52,203 nucleotides of DNA, taken from the NCBI GenBank assembly GCA_047615735.1, contig JBLHHU010000001.1, positions 1-52,203 on the forward strand, given 5' to 3'. Below the pieces are notes generated by a model. The model was given only the letters and a program-made list of their open reading frames with translations, was not told the DNA's origin and did not search any database. The position numbers were made by a program, and so were the translations under genes. The DNA comes from Kiritimatiellia bacterium (GTDB taxonomy: Bacteria > Verrucomicrobiota > Kiritimatiellia > UBA8416 > JAIOPI01). Below, in pieces: positions 26,995 to 35,372 of the stretch. Numbering within the stretch: position 1 is the first letter of the stretch; every line of letters starts with the position of its first letter.

Positions 26995-27345
26995 ATGACG
27001 ACACCAGCGAAGACCGAAAACGAACTAGATCTTTCACCCGAAGCGCGAGGCTTCCACAGAGTCGCCACGGTCGATGAAATCCCTACGGATCGTGGTTTCC
27101 GCGTGAAGATCGAAAACAAACACATCGCTATCTTCAAAGTGGAAAAAAAGATCTACGCCATTAATGCGCTGTGTCCGCACGCAGGCGCGTTCTTGGACAT
27201 GGGCTACATGAACGAACACTCGGTCATTTGCCCGATGCACGGTTGGGATTTCGACGTTCGATCGGGTGAATCACCCACCTACGGCATCTCGACAACCTGC
27301 TACGACACCTGTGTCGAAGGTGATGCGGTCTACGTCAAACCCTGA
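26995..27345 (+). CDS. Rieske [2Fe-2S] domain protein (NirD-like small subunit)
   Basis: CPHAG..(17)..CPMHGWDF, i.e. the C-x-H ... C-x-x-H Rieske ligands. Confidence 0.85.
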   Translation: MTTPAKTENELDLSPEARGFHRVATVDEIPTDRGFRVKIENKHIAIFKVEKKIYAINALCPHAGAFLDMGYMNEHSVICPMHGWDFDVRSGESPTYGISTTCYDTCVEGDAVYVKP

Positions 27346-27420
27346 ACGGCCGGTTGGCAAGGCAAACGAATCTAAGCTATTTTTTTTCGACATTGCGCTG
27401 GTCGTACCGCTCGTTCCATG

Positions 27421-27612
27421 AGGGGCCATTTCCCCACTCGTCGCAAGCTCCTCGCTCGAGAAAAGGCCCTACCTCAGAGGCGATCACCACACAAGCGGTT
27501 AGATGTGTTTGACCTGGCTGGCCCCACCCTTTGGACGTGCAGGGAGAACCTGCTGAGCTAGTAGGGCCTTTTCTCGAGCGAGGAGCTTGCGACGAGTGGG
27601 GAAATGGCCCCT
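27421..27612. repeat. Perfect 52-bp inverted repeat with an 88-bp spacer
   Basis: 27421-27472 is the exact reverse complement of 27561-27612, checked base by base. Lies between convergent genes. The ORF track shows the mirrored peptide VGPFLERGACDEWGNGP on both strands. Confidence 0.95.
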
Positions 27613-27709
27613 TCGCTGGCCCCCGCTTCCTCAATGCCCCGCCAGCCCCACCCACTCAGGCCTTGGCCAAGGCCAATAGGAGCCTGCCCTGCGCAGTTTG
27701 GCCGCGTCG

Positions 27710-28159
27710 CTACGTGCGCAGTCCTGGCAGGACGTAGAGCATCCAGAAGACGAGTACGCCTGTCGCCGAAACGTAGACCCACACCGGCCACACAATACGC
27801 ATCAGGCGAGCGTGCCTGGCCCAGAATTCACGACGGGCCAGCCAGTAGCCACGCAAGATAAAGGGCACCATTAAGACGGCTAGCAGTATGTGTGGCAGCA
27901 GGACGGCCAAATAGACCTTGTAGGTCCAGTCCTCTTTGAGCGGATAAGGCGTCGAACCGTGTAGACCGTGATTGTAAAGATACACGGTCAGAAACAAGCC
28001 GGATGAGGTCAACGCCGCGGTCATGCAGCGTTGATGACGTTTACGATTCTTGTTGCGAATGGCAAGGTAGCCAGCGATCAGCAGAATCGTACTCAGCGCA
28101 TTCAACGTTGTCGAAATACAATGATACAGGTTCGGCTGTGGCAGAATGACGTCAGGCAT
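27710..28159 (-). CDS. DUF420-family membrane protein (cytochrome oxidase assembly-associated)
   Basis: Four hydrophobic segments with conserved His pattern (..KRHQRCM.., ..LLPHILLA.., ..WARHARL..). The ATG at 28159 overlaps the SCO stop by 8 nt. Confidence 0.6.
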   Translation of the reverse strand: MPDVILPQPNLYHCISTTLNALSTILLIAGYLAIRNKNRKRHQRCMTAALTSSGLFLTVYLYNHGLHGSTPYPLKEDWTYKVYLAVLLPHILLAVLMVPFILRGYWLARREFWARHARLMRIVWPVWVYVSATGVLVFWMLYVLPGLRT

Positions 28160-28781
28160 CGGGGTTCTCCAGTAGATAGCGTGCATCTTTTTTCAGTTTC
28201 GCCATGGCATCATCATCCGTAGCGTCATAGTAGCCACGAATGTTTGCACGACGATCGACGAGTACAAAATGTGTCGAATGATTGAGCGGTTCTTCGGGGC
28301 TGCCGATTTTAAGCCCTTCGACGGAGAGTCGCTTGATATCCTCTATCGGCCCGGTCAAAAATTGCCAATTCTTGTGATTCGCTCGGTGCTTCTGCGCAAA
28401 GTCTTTAAGGACCGCAGGCGTATCGTAAGTCGGGTTGATGGATATGGAGACAAACGTGAGGCCACTCTTGCTAGGCAACGCCTTTTGCAGTTTTGACGTC
28501 TGCTCCATCATGATCGGGCAGGTTGTCGCACAGGTCGTGAAGACAAAATCAGCAACCCAGACTTTCCCTGTCAGATTTTGCAATCCGAAGGCTTGGGCGT
28601 TGGCATTGGTTAACGTAAAGGCTGGGACACTATTCGCAGATGAAAGCCGCTTCGAACGCACACCCGTGGCAGTGTCTTGCATCATGTCGTACATCATTTT
28701 CAGCGCGGCCACGACGAGCATGGTCACGAAAACCAGTACGGCAAGCGCAACGGAGGTTTTGTGCGGCATGGGAATCTCCAA
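28152..28781 (-). CDS. SCO1/SenC-family copper chaperone (thioredoxin fold)
   Basis: N-terminal membrane anchor, C-x-x-x-C motif FTTCATTCP and distal His (HSTHFVLVD). Confidence 0.85.
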   Translation of the reverse strand: MEIPMPHKTSVALAVLVFVTMLVVAALKMMYDMMQDTATGVRSKRLSSANSVPAFTLTNANAQAFGLQNLTGKVWVADFVFTTCATTCPIMMEQTSKLQKALPSKSGLTFVSISINPTYDTPAVLKDFAQKHRANHKNWQFLTGPIEDIKRLSVEGLKIGSPEEPLNHSTHFVLVDRRANIRGYYDATDDDAMAKLKKDARYLLENPDA

Positions 28782-28808
28782 ACGAAAGTGGCGCGCTAGG
28801 CCTTTCGG

Positions 28809-29675
28809 TTATATCAACGCGTCGACGATAATACCCACGAGCAACAGAGGGAGGTAGTAGACCGTGGCCTTGAGCATACACAAGGCTGACGCCCGTGAGC
28901 GGTTCCGCATGACAGGAACGGACAATGCAACCAGTACCAGACCAGCAACAAGTGCCGTCCAGAAGTAGACCTGACTGGTCATGCCCCAATACGTCGGCAA
29001 AAGTGATACAGGCACGAGCACGAGCGTTCCGAGGATAACGCCGATCCCCGTCCGCGTCCCGTCATCATTGAGCGAGAGCATCTTGAAGCCGGCGCCAGCG
29101 TAGTCGTCCTTGTACATCCATGCGATGGCGTAGACATGCGGATGTTGCCAAACGAAAAGAATCGCGAAAAGAAGCCACGGTTCGACGCCCAGTTGACCGT
29201 GCGCAGCCGCCCAACCGACAAGTGGCGGAATGGCGCCGGGAATGGCGCCGAGGGTCGTGTTCACGGAGGACACGCGTTTCATGGGCGTATAAACCAACAC
29301 ATAGAGGAAGTCGGACATTAAAACGAGAAACGCCGTCAGCAGGTTAACCTGTGACCAGACGATAACAATGCCGCTGATGATGAGCCACATGCCGAACGCC
29401 AACGCCTGCGCGGGTTTCAGTTCACCTGTGGAAAGCGGTCGGTTGCGCGTACGCGGCATTTTGGCGTCCTGATCCCGTTCGAGCACGTGGTTCAACACCA
29501 GGCCTCCGGAAGCCGTCAGGGCGGTACCAATCATGGTCATCACAAAGGCGTAAATCATGCCTTCCGGGCGCCCATGTTGGATACAACTGAGCACAAAACC
29601 CCAAACGGTCGTAATCAGCACCATGAAAACGATGCGTGGCCGGGTCATTGAGAAATATGTCTTAATTAGCTTCAT
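28809..29675 (-). CDS. ctaB: Protoheme IX farnesyltransferase (heme O synthase)
   Basis: UbiA-type polytopic protein with MKLIKTYFSMTRPRIV..; the ATG at 29675 forms an ATGA overlap with the ctaA stop. Confidence 0.88.
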   Translation of the reverse strand: MKLIKTYFSMTRPRIVFMVLITTVWGFVLSCIQHGRPEGMIYAFVMTMIGTALTASGGLVLNHVLERDQDAKMPRTRNRPLSTGELKPAQALAFGMWLIISGIVIVWSQVNLLTAFLVLMSDFLYVLVYTPMKRVSSVNTTLGAIPGAIPPLVGWAAAHGQLGVEPWLLFAILFVWQHPHVYAIAWMYKDDYAGAGFKMLSLNDDGTRTGIGVILGTLVLVPVSLLPTYWGMTSQVYFWTALVAGLVLVALSVPVMRNRSRASALCMLKATVYYLPLLLVGIIVDALI

Positions 29676-30712
29676 GATTGGGGCTTCAATAAAGGCGAGG
29701 ATGTTACCCTCAGGAACAGGAGAACGCAAGTCCCGAGAATGGCTGCGCCTGTGACAACGTGTAATGTTGTTATTAATGGGCCCTTATTTGACAATACGGT
29801 AAAAATCCCAAGAAACAGCGCCAACACAACCAGGGCATCGAGTACAGCAATGGCACCCTGAATACGTTGCCCACCAAGGCGCAGACGACGCGCTTTATGG
29901 GTTAAAAAGATCACTGAAACCAGTATCAGCAGGGCGACTGTTCGATGCATCAAGTGAATCAATATTTGATAGGACTGAACAGGATCGTCTGCCGAAAACG
30001 GAGCACCATGCAATTCGGCGGCATCCGTACGCCAGGCCTTCACCCATTCGACTGCGTCGGCGTCAATACGAGGCAACCACTGGCCCGTCATTGTAGGAAA
30101 ATCGGGAACAGCCACCCCACCCTGTTGCTTGATATCATGGCGCATGGTAGCCGCTAGAACGAGCTGGAAGGCGACAAGAAACAAGGTCAGCAGGACCATC
30201 TTCCGCAGAGGTTGACCGGGCGCGCCCTCGTTTGTTTCCGAGGCCCGCAATGTACGTTCGCGTGACAACTCGAAGGCCAACACGATATTGAGACAGAAGA
30301 AAATTTGTGCAAGCACGCCGTGAAAGACAGATACGGGTACAGGCAGCAAGTATTTGACCGTCATGCCACCCAAAATGCCCTGAACAACAACCGCGGCCAA
30401 GCTCCCCATGGCAAGATAGCGAACACGTCGGCGTGTATTTTTGATCAACACCCAAAGCGTCATCGCAAGCACGAGGATGCCAAGAATAGAGGCCACGATA
30501 CGGTGAAAATGTTCATAGAATATACCGCCGCGCCACATCGAAAAAGGGAGTTCCCACATGTGGTACCCAAAAGAACTGGGCCAGTCCGGCACCGAAAGGC
30601 CGACGTTCTTGGTGGTCACGACAGCCCCGAGACCAATTAAGACCAAGGTCAGCGCGCAAATGAGTTTCGAAAAAATGGAAAGGCCGGGTGAATAAAAGGT
30701 TCGGTTGCTCAT
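29672..30712 (-). CDS. ctaA: Heme A synthase (COX15/CtaA family)
   Basis: Polytopic protein with paired His motifs (EHFHRIVA, HLMHRTVA). The ATG at 30712 (MSNRTFYSPG) is preferred over the track start at 30805. Confidence 0.82.
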   Translation of the reverse strand: MSNRTFYSPGLSIFSKLICALTLVLIGLGAVVTTKNVGLSVPDWPSSFGYHMWELPFSMWRGGIFYEHFHRIVASILGILVLAMTLWVLIKNTRRRVRYLAMGSLAAVVVQGILGGMTVKYLLPVPVSVFHGVLAQIFFCLNIVLAFELSRERTLRASETNEGAPGQPLRKMVLLTLFLVAFQLVLAATMRHDIKQQGGVAVPDFPTMTGQWLPRIDADAVEWVKAWRTDAAELHGAPFSADDPVQSYQILIHLMHRTVALLILVSVIFLTHKARRLRLGGQRIQGAIAVLDALVVLALFLGIFTVLSNKGPLITTLHVVTGAAILGTCVLLFLRVTSSPLLKPQS

Positions 30713-30883
30713 ATATCGAATCCGTAAAATCTCACATTTCAATGCACTGGATGAGCCGCTGCACAAATGATTTAACAGGCTTGCCAGACAATATTCAGTC
30801 ATCAAGCATCATTTCAGAGCCGCATAGAATCAAGTCAAATCGGGGGGGAAATACGCTGCGATTAGAAAAACCCGCAAAACGGG

Positions 30884-31621
30884 CTATCGACGTGTCGTAT
30901 AAGTCACGTTGGCGGTGCCTTTGCCATCCAAAACGGTGACCTTTGTGCTGCGCGCGCCTAGCAGCTCTTGCCATGTTTCGATGACGTACGCGCCATCAGG
31001 CAGGCCCGAAATGGAAAAAGTCCCGTTCGTACCCGTGACTTGGAAAAAGGGATGGTCGACCGCTCCCACGAAAGCGCGCTCCCAGCGATGATCGTCAGAC
31101 TTCACCTTTGCCATCACTTCAGGGGCAAGAAACGTATAGGCAGGACTAGACTGGCCCGCCTTGAGCGCATGCGTGAACGCGGGAGAGTGTCGTGAAACAC
31201 AATGGACATTGAGGACAATCGTATCGTTGTTTTGGAACAGAACCGGTTGGCCGACACGCACGCCGACGACATGTGGGGAAAAGAGACAGCCTTCACGCGT
31301 TATCACCAAGGGCGCCGTCGGCACAGAATGAGGACCTTTCGGTGCCCCGGATTTGACGTAGACAAAAATATTGGCGAGCGGATGCTTACCGTTCTCCCCT
31401 TTACCATGCACAAACATCTCATCAGGGACTGGTTTTGCATGGCAGGACTCACAATAGGGATCGCTCGACATATTGAGCAACTGCTCTGGGCGCGGTTTAC
31501 CATCAAAATGCACGACGCCGGAAATGGTGCCCGCTTGTGCACGGAGTCCCCAAAGACCGAGCCACAAAATCAATACGTATGAAAAACCTATCCGTGATTT
31601 CATCATGCTCCCAGTACGCAA
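30884..31621 (-). CDS. Secreted protein with CarboxypepD_reg-like and cupredoxin-like segments, function unknown
   Basis: Signal peptide, then GTISGVVHFDG.., FSPHVVGVRVGQPVLFQNND.. and ..GTFSISGLPDGAYVIETWQE. Confidence 0.6.
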   Translation of the reverse strand: MRTGSMMKSRIGFSYVLILWLGLWGLRAQAGTISGVVHFDGKPRPEQLLNMSSDPYCESCHAKPVPDEMFVHGKGENGKHPLANIFVYVKSGAPKGPHSVPTAPLVITREGCLFSPHVVGVRVGQPVLFQNNDTIVLNVHCVSRHSPAFTHALKAGQSSPAYTFLAPEVMAKVKSDDHRWERAFVGAVDHPFFQVTGTNGTFSISGLPDGAYVIETWQELLGARSTKVTVLDGKGTANVTYTTRR

Positions 31622-31721
31622 ACGCTATCACGATGCTGAATCAACCGAAACACATTTTCGTGTAGACAGTACTCAGGCCAGAATACAAAGTCGCTTACCT
31701 AAACATAGAAAGAGGCGTTAA

Positions 31722-31900
31722 CACCACGAAGGACGCGAAGACCACGAAGTGGTTAACTGAAGGGTAATGGCTTGCTAAACACCATGTACATTTTTCGCCG
31801 ACGCCTATTGAATGTGGCCGTGAGAAACATTGATCTCTACCAAGGAAGTGGAACTATCCAATGCTTCAGATCCTTCGTGCATTTCGTGCTCTTCGTGGTG
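31722..31900. repeat. Imperfect 28-bp inverted repeat built from ACGAAG heptad-like words
   Basis: CACCACGAAGGACGCGAAGACCACGAAG (31722-31749) versus CTTCGTGCATTTCGTGCTCTTCGTGGTG (31873-31900), about 22/28 complementary. The right arm abuts the stop codon at 31902. Confidence 0.75.
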
Positions 31901-31901
31901 A

Positions 31902-32849
31902 TTACAACATCTCCCTTTTGGTTAAATCGTTCACGGCTGCATGAAATTCAGGAAACCTAAATTGGAACCCTTGCGCGAGAAGCCTTGTCGGGACGACGTT
32001 GCGGCTCTTGAGAATCAGTTCAGTCTCGGTGCGCATGAAAAGGGCGCCAATTTCAAGCAACCAGCGCGGTGCAGGGAGTCCGATCTTGAGACCGACCATT
32101 GAGCGCAGGGTTTTCATCATACCGGCATTCGTCAGCGGATTCGGTGCGCACACGTTGTAGACGCCGTGCGCGTCTTCATTAGCCACGAGCCATTCTGTGA
32201 TACGGCAGTAGTCGTCGATGTGGAGCCACGACACAAACTGTCTTCCACCCGCTTGTGCGCCTCCCAATCCTTTGCGCGCAAGACAGCCAAGCACGTCAAA
32301 CGCGGTTCCCGGTTCGTTGGCCATGACGATCGCCGTACGCTGTACGACTTGTCGCACACCCGGACAGGCGGCTTTAAAAAACGCAGCCTCCCAGCGTTGC
32401 GCGATTTCGACAGCGAACGCATCCTTTACGCTCGGCGTCGCACCAATTTCACCGTCCTCACCATGAGGTGGGCCGAGCGTATGTTTGTAGATGGTTGCCG
32501 TGCTGGAGTTAATCCATACCGGAGGTGGCGCGTGGCTATTGGCAACGGATTCGCCAAGAATGTGTGTTGACGCGATGCGCGACGTCATCATGGTTTCCTT
32601 GTTCGCCGCGTTGTAGCGACAATTGACGGATCGTCCGGTGAGGTTAATCAGCACGGCTGCCCCGTCGAGTTCACACGCCCAGGGTCCAGCAGTTTGCGCA
32701 TCCCACTGAACGGCGCGTGCGTGCGGCCCAACCGCTGCGCCACGTGTCAGAACGACGACATCGTAATGCGGCGCGAAATGGGCCGCCAGGTTCCGGCCGA
32801 GAAAGCCGGAACCCCCAGCGATGACCATGCGTTTCCTTTGTCCATTCAC
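31902..32849 (-). CDS. YfcH/TIGR01777-type NAD-dependent epimerase-like protein (SDR plus DUF1731-like C-terminus)
   Basis: Rossmann motif VIAGGSGFLGRNL. The GTG at 32849 forms a GTGA overlap with the upstream stop. An alternative ATG lies at 32828. Confidence 0.8.
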   Translation of the reverse strand: MNGQRKRMVIAGGSGFLGRNLAAHFAPHYDVVVLTRGAAVGPHARAVQWDAQTAGPWACELDGAAVLINLTGRSVNCRYNAANKETMMTSRIASTHILGESVANSHAPPPVWINSSTATIYKHTLGPPHGEDGEIGATPSVKDAFAVEIAQRWEAAFFKAACPGVRQVVQRTAIVMANEPGTAFDVLGCLARKGLGGAQAGGRQFVSWLHIDDYCRITEWLVANEDAHGVYNVCAPNPLTNAGMMKTLRSMVGLKIGLPAPRWLLEIGALFMRTETELILKSRNVVPTRLLAQGFQFRFPEFHAAVNDLTKREML

Positions 32850-33250
32850 AAGAGACCCGCTGCCGCAAAGATGAACACCTGATACGTGAACACCGCAGTT
32901 AACCCGTGATACCCAACGCGATAGAAGCCGCGGTCGAGATATCCCGTTGGATCATAATAGAACAACTGAAACATCAGGCGTACGCCCCAGAAGAACGCGA
33001 CGAAAAAGCAAAGCGCTTTCGTCAGTGGTGTTCCCGCGAGCATTTCATCTGCATAAACAATGCACATGCCACCAATAGACAGGATCATAATGCAGATATA
33101 AAGTGCATAAACTTTGAAGATCTGTGCCTGAAGCTTCGGCAGCTTTGGCATATTCGTCTTCCAGTCTAACACGATCGGCAAAATGCCCGCCGCGATCAGA
33201 ACCCCGAGTTGCAGGATCCCGCCAATCACCATGAACTTAGAAAAGTCCAT
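32846..33250 (-). CDS. Small integral membrane protein, function unknown
   Basis: The ATG at 33250 is preceded by AAGGAGG. Four hydrophobic segments. The longer track ORF (to 33379) would overlap the upstream gene. Confidence 0.65.
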   Translation of the reverse strand: MDFSKFMVIGGILQLGVLIAAGILPIVLDWKTNMPKLPKLQAQIFKVYALYICIMILSIGGMCIVYADEMLAGTPLTKALCFFVAFFWGVRLMFQLFYYDPTGYLDRGFYRVGYHGLTAVFTYQVFIFAAAGLL

Positions 33251-33270
33251 TTTGTTTTCCTCCTTTTTGT

Positions 33271-34470
33271 TTAGCGCGTTGCCATAAACGACATCATCGG
33301 CAACACAACATTGTTCAAGAATGGCTGATGCAGCAGCAGCGGCAACGGCCCCAACAGAAAGACGTAAGCCAGCATGCACTGCTGTAGCGCGCTTGTTTTC
33401 AGGCGACGCTCAAGCATGCACGCCGCGCCTTGGATCAAGAAATACAGCGTGGGCAATCCGTAACCGCCGCGTGCAGGAAGCGATATCATGAGATCGTGCA
33501 ACAGCCCCGACGCCAGAAACACCGCCACGAGCCCAAGCGTACTTCCCCAGCGCTTACGCACAGGCCGAAACACCAGCACATGCGCCATATCACGAAAGGC
33601 TAGATTCCAACGCCTGCTCCAGAAATCCAACAGACCTGTCGCAAGGAGCGGCCGGTTCATGATCGGGAGCACCTCACGACCAGCACGGCGCCACGCGAAA
33701 GCGATCAGTTCGAAAGCGCCGAAGTGTAGCGTGAGCATGGTTCCGAATAGCGCTAGCGGAACGCTCCAAACGGTTCCATGCAGAAATCGCGACCACCAGA
33801 ACAGGCAACTCAAACCCAACGCGAGTTTAACGACCGCAATGCCCCACGGCTTGCAGCCCTCCGTGCGTGCCAGCGGAGCGCGCTCCATAAACGCACCAGG
33901 ATCTAAGCCTGGCCAAAGCAAGAGATACGCGGCGGTGTCACGTCGTCCCATTGGCACGCGCCCCTGATTGTAAGTCAACATCTTCAGCACGAGGAACACC
34001 GCTAAAGCGAGTACCCACATGAACACCCAAGCAGGTAGTTTCGCATAGGACAACCAAAGCGGCAGCGAGGCCAGCAGCGCAGGCGCAGCAACCGTCAACA
34101 GCGTTGTCTGCGTGGTTTGCAAGCGGCAGCTATGGGCATACCGGTTGGCTGCAAATTTGAGATATGCGCGATCGCATACCACCTTGAGTCGTCGTGTTTC
34201 GCTCAGTGGCGCTATCCAGCGAAGCCACCAAATGCGACGCATCAGATAGCGAACCGCCTCGGGTCCACCAATGATGGATCCTTCAGACGTGATCACTTTC
34301 ATTTCCGTCATCGATGGGTCGATCTGCATGCCAAGCTTCAGCTGAATGGCTGGATCCTGCATCGGCTTGAAGTTGAAATGTCTTCGGTTCAAATTGCATT
34401 TCAAAAAGCGAACGCCACGACGACAAATGCCGCAGGATCCGTCATAACAAATAATGGCTCTAATTTTCAT
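33271..34470 (-). CDS. Fusion of a DUF393 (DCC thiol-disulfide oxidoreductase-like) domain with an MBOAT_2/wax-synthase-like membrane acyltransferase
   Basis: N-terminus IICYDGSCGICRRGVRFL (DUF393 CxxC). Membrane part with FWSRRWNLAFRD and SGLLHD. The ATG at 34470 is preferred over the track start at 34563. Confidence 0.7.
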   Translation of the reverse strand: MKIRAIICYDGSCGICRRGVRFLKCNLNRRHFNFKPMQDPAIQLKLGMQIDPSMTEMKVITSEGSIIGGPEAVRYLMRRIWWLRWIAPLSETRRLKVVCDRAYLKFAANRYAHSCRLQTTQTTLLTVAAPALLASLPLWLSYAKLPAWVFMWVLALAVFLVLKMLTYNQGRVPMGRRDTAAYLLLWPGLDPGAFMERAPLARTEGCKPWGIAVVKLALGLSCLFWWSRFLHGTVWSVPLALFGTMLTLHFGAFELIAFAWRRAGREVLPIMNRPLLATGLLDFWSRRWNLAFRDMAHVLVFRPVRKRWGSTLGLVAVFLASGLLHDLMISLPARGGYGLPTLYFLIQGAACMLERRLKTSALQQCMLAYVFLLGPLPLLLHQPFLNNVVLPMMSFMATR

Positions 34471-34478
34471 TCGTCTGT

Positions 34479-34500
34479 AATTTCTGTAGCAACAGAAATT
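34479..34500. promoter_or_regulatory. Palindrome AATTTCTGT-AGCA-ACAGAAATT; candidate GbsR-type operator upstream of the DUF393-MBOAT gene
   Basis: Perfect 9-bp arms, 8 nt upstream of the ATG at 34470. Shares the core TTTCTGT-N4-ACAGAA with the palindrome at 35077-35092. Confidence 0.45.
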
Positions 34501-34528
34501 CTCCTGCAAAAAAACACCCCACAAAAAA

Positions 34529-35059
34529 TCAACGCTTAATACCCAACATGGCCTGCAATCCACTTCCCATTCTAGCCAGCTTCTTTATGGCAGGACTGGG
34601 CAATTTCGATGTGTGTTCATAAAGGTTGACCATGGTCTGAATGAATTCATCCAGATCCTCGAGGCGTTTCAAGGTATGCGCATTCTCGGTTTCATTCTTA
34701 CGGGCTTCTCGAATGCACGCTGATACGACTTCGATCGTAGGATCAATTTCTCGACGCTTGCGTTCCTCGAGAATGATTTCGAACAGTTCCCAGGGATCGG
34801 TGAATGATTCGAAATGGTCGCGACGATCGCCCAGTTGATGAACAATCTTGATGATGCGCCATCCCTGAAGTTCTCTAAGGCTGTTGCTAACGTTTGACCG
34901 AGCCACAGACAGTGTTTCCGCAATCTGCTCAGCATTCATGGCTTCTGGCGCCAAATACAGCAAGGCATGAATCTGGGCGACGGTTCGATTGATCCCCCAT
35001 CGATTGCCCATTTCGCCCCAGTGTAGGATAAACTTCTGTTCTATGTCTGTAAGCTGCAT
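34529..35059 (-). CDS. GbsR/MarR-type winged-helix transcriptional regulator
   Basis: FILHWGEMGNRWGINRTVAQIHALLY..SVARSNVSNSLRELQGW. ATG at 35059 (the track start at 35062 is TTG). Confidence 0.82.
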   Translation of the reverse strand: MQLTDIEQKFILHWGEMGNRWGINRTVAQIHALLYLAPEAMNAEQIAETLSVARSNVSNSLRELQGWRIIKIVHQLGDRRDHFESFTDPWELFEIILEERKRREIDPTIEVVSACIREARKNETENAHTLKRLEDLDEFIQTMVNLYEHTSKLPSPAIKKLARMGSGLQAMLGIKR

Positions 35060-35076
35060 CAAAGTCTTTCTTTCGT

Positions 35077-35092
35077 TTCTGTAATTACAGAA
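35077..35092. promoter_or_regulatory. Perfect 16-bp palindrome TTCTGTAATTACAGAA; candidate autoregulatory operator of the GbsR-type gene
   Basis: Lies 18 nt upstream of the regulator ATG, in the 313-bp divergent intergenic region. Same half-sites as 34479-34500. Confidence 0.45.
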
Positions 35093-35372
35093 TTACAAAA
35101 AAAGAGACGCGGCGCAATACCTTTATCATTAAAATTGGAAAAGTTTTGTCTGAGGTGGAACTGAGACCCCAAATTGCCGTTTAACAAAATTGAACGTTTG
35201 CCGATCTGCCTGAAGAAACCAATACTCACCAATCCGAGCTTCAACGCGCACTCGCTTGCAGCGTAGAGGGTACCCGCCGTAGGCGCTATTTTTGCTTGTA
35301 CTACATCCTCTCCCCAGTAGACTTTCTTCGGTTACGATTGTACTAACCACAACAGTAACAAAGGAACCCATT

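Noticed and set aside
27377-27791. Small ORFs on both strands across the 52-bp inverted repeat (92, 68 and 77 aa).
   Set aside because: They contain the same mirrored peptide because of the inverted repeat, which is an artefact of the palindrome rather than coding sequence.
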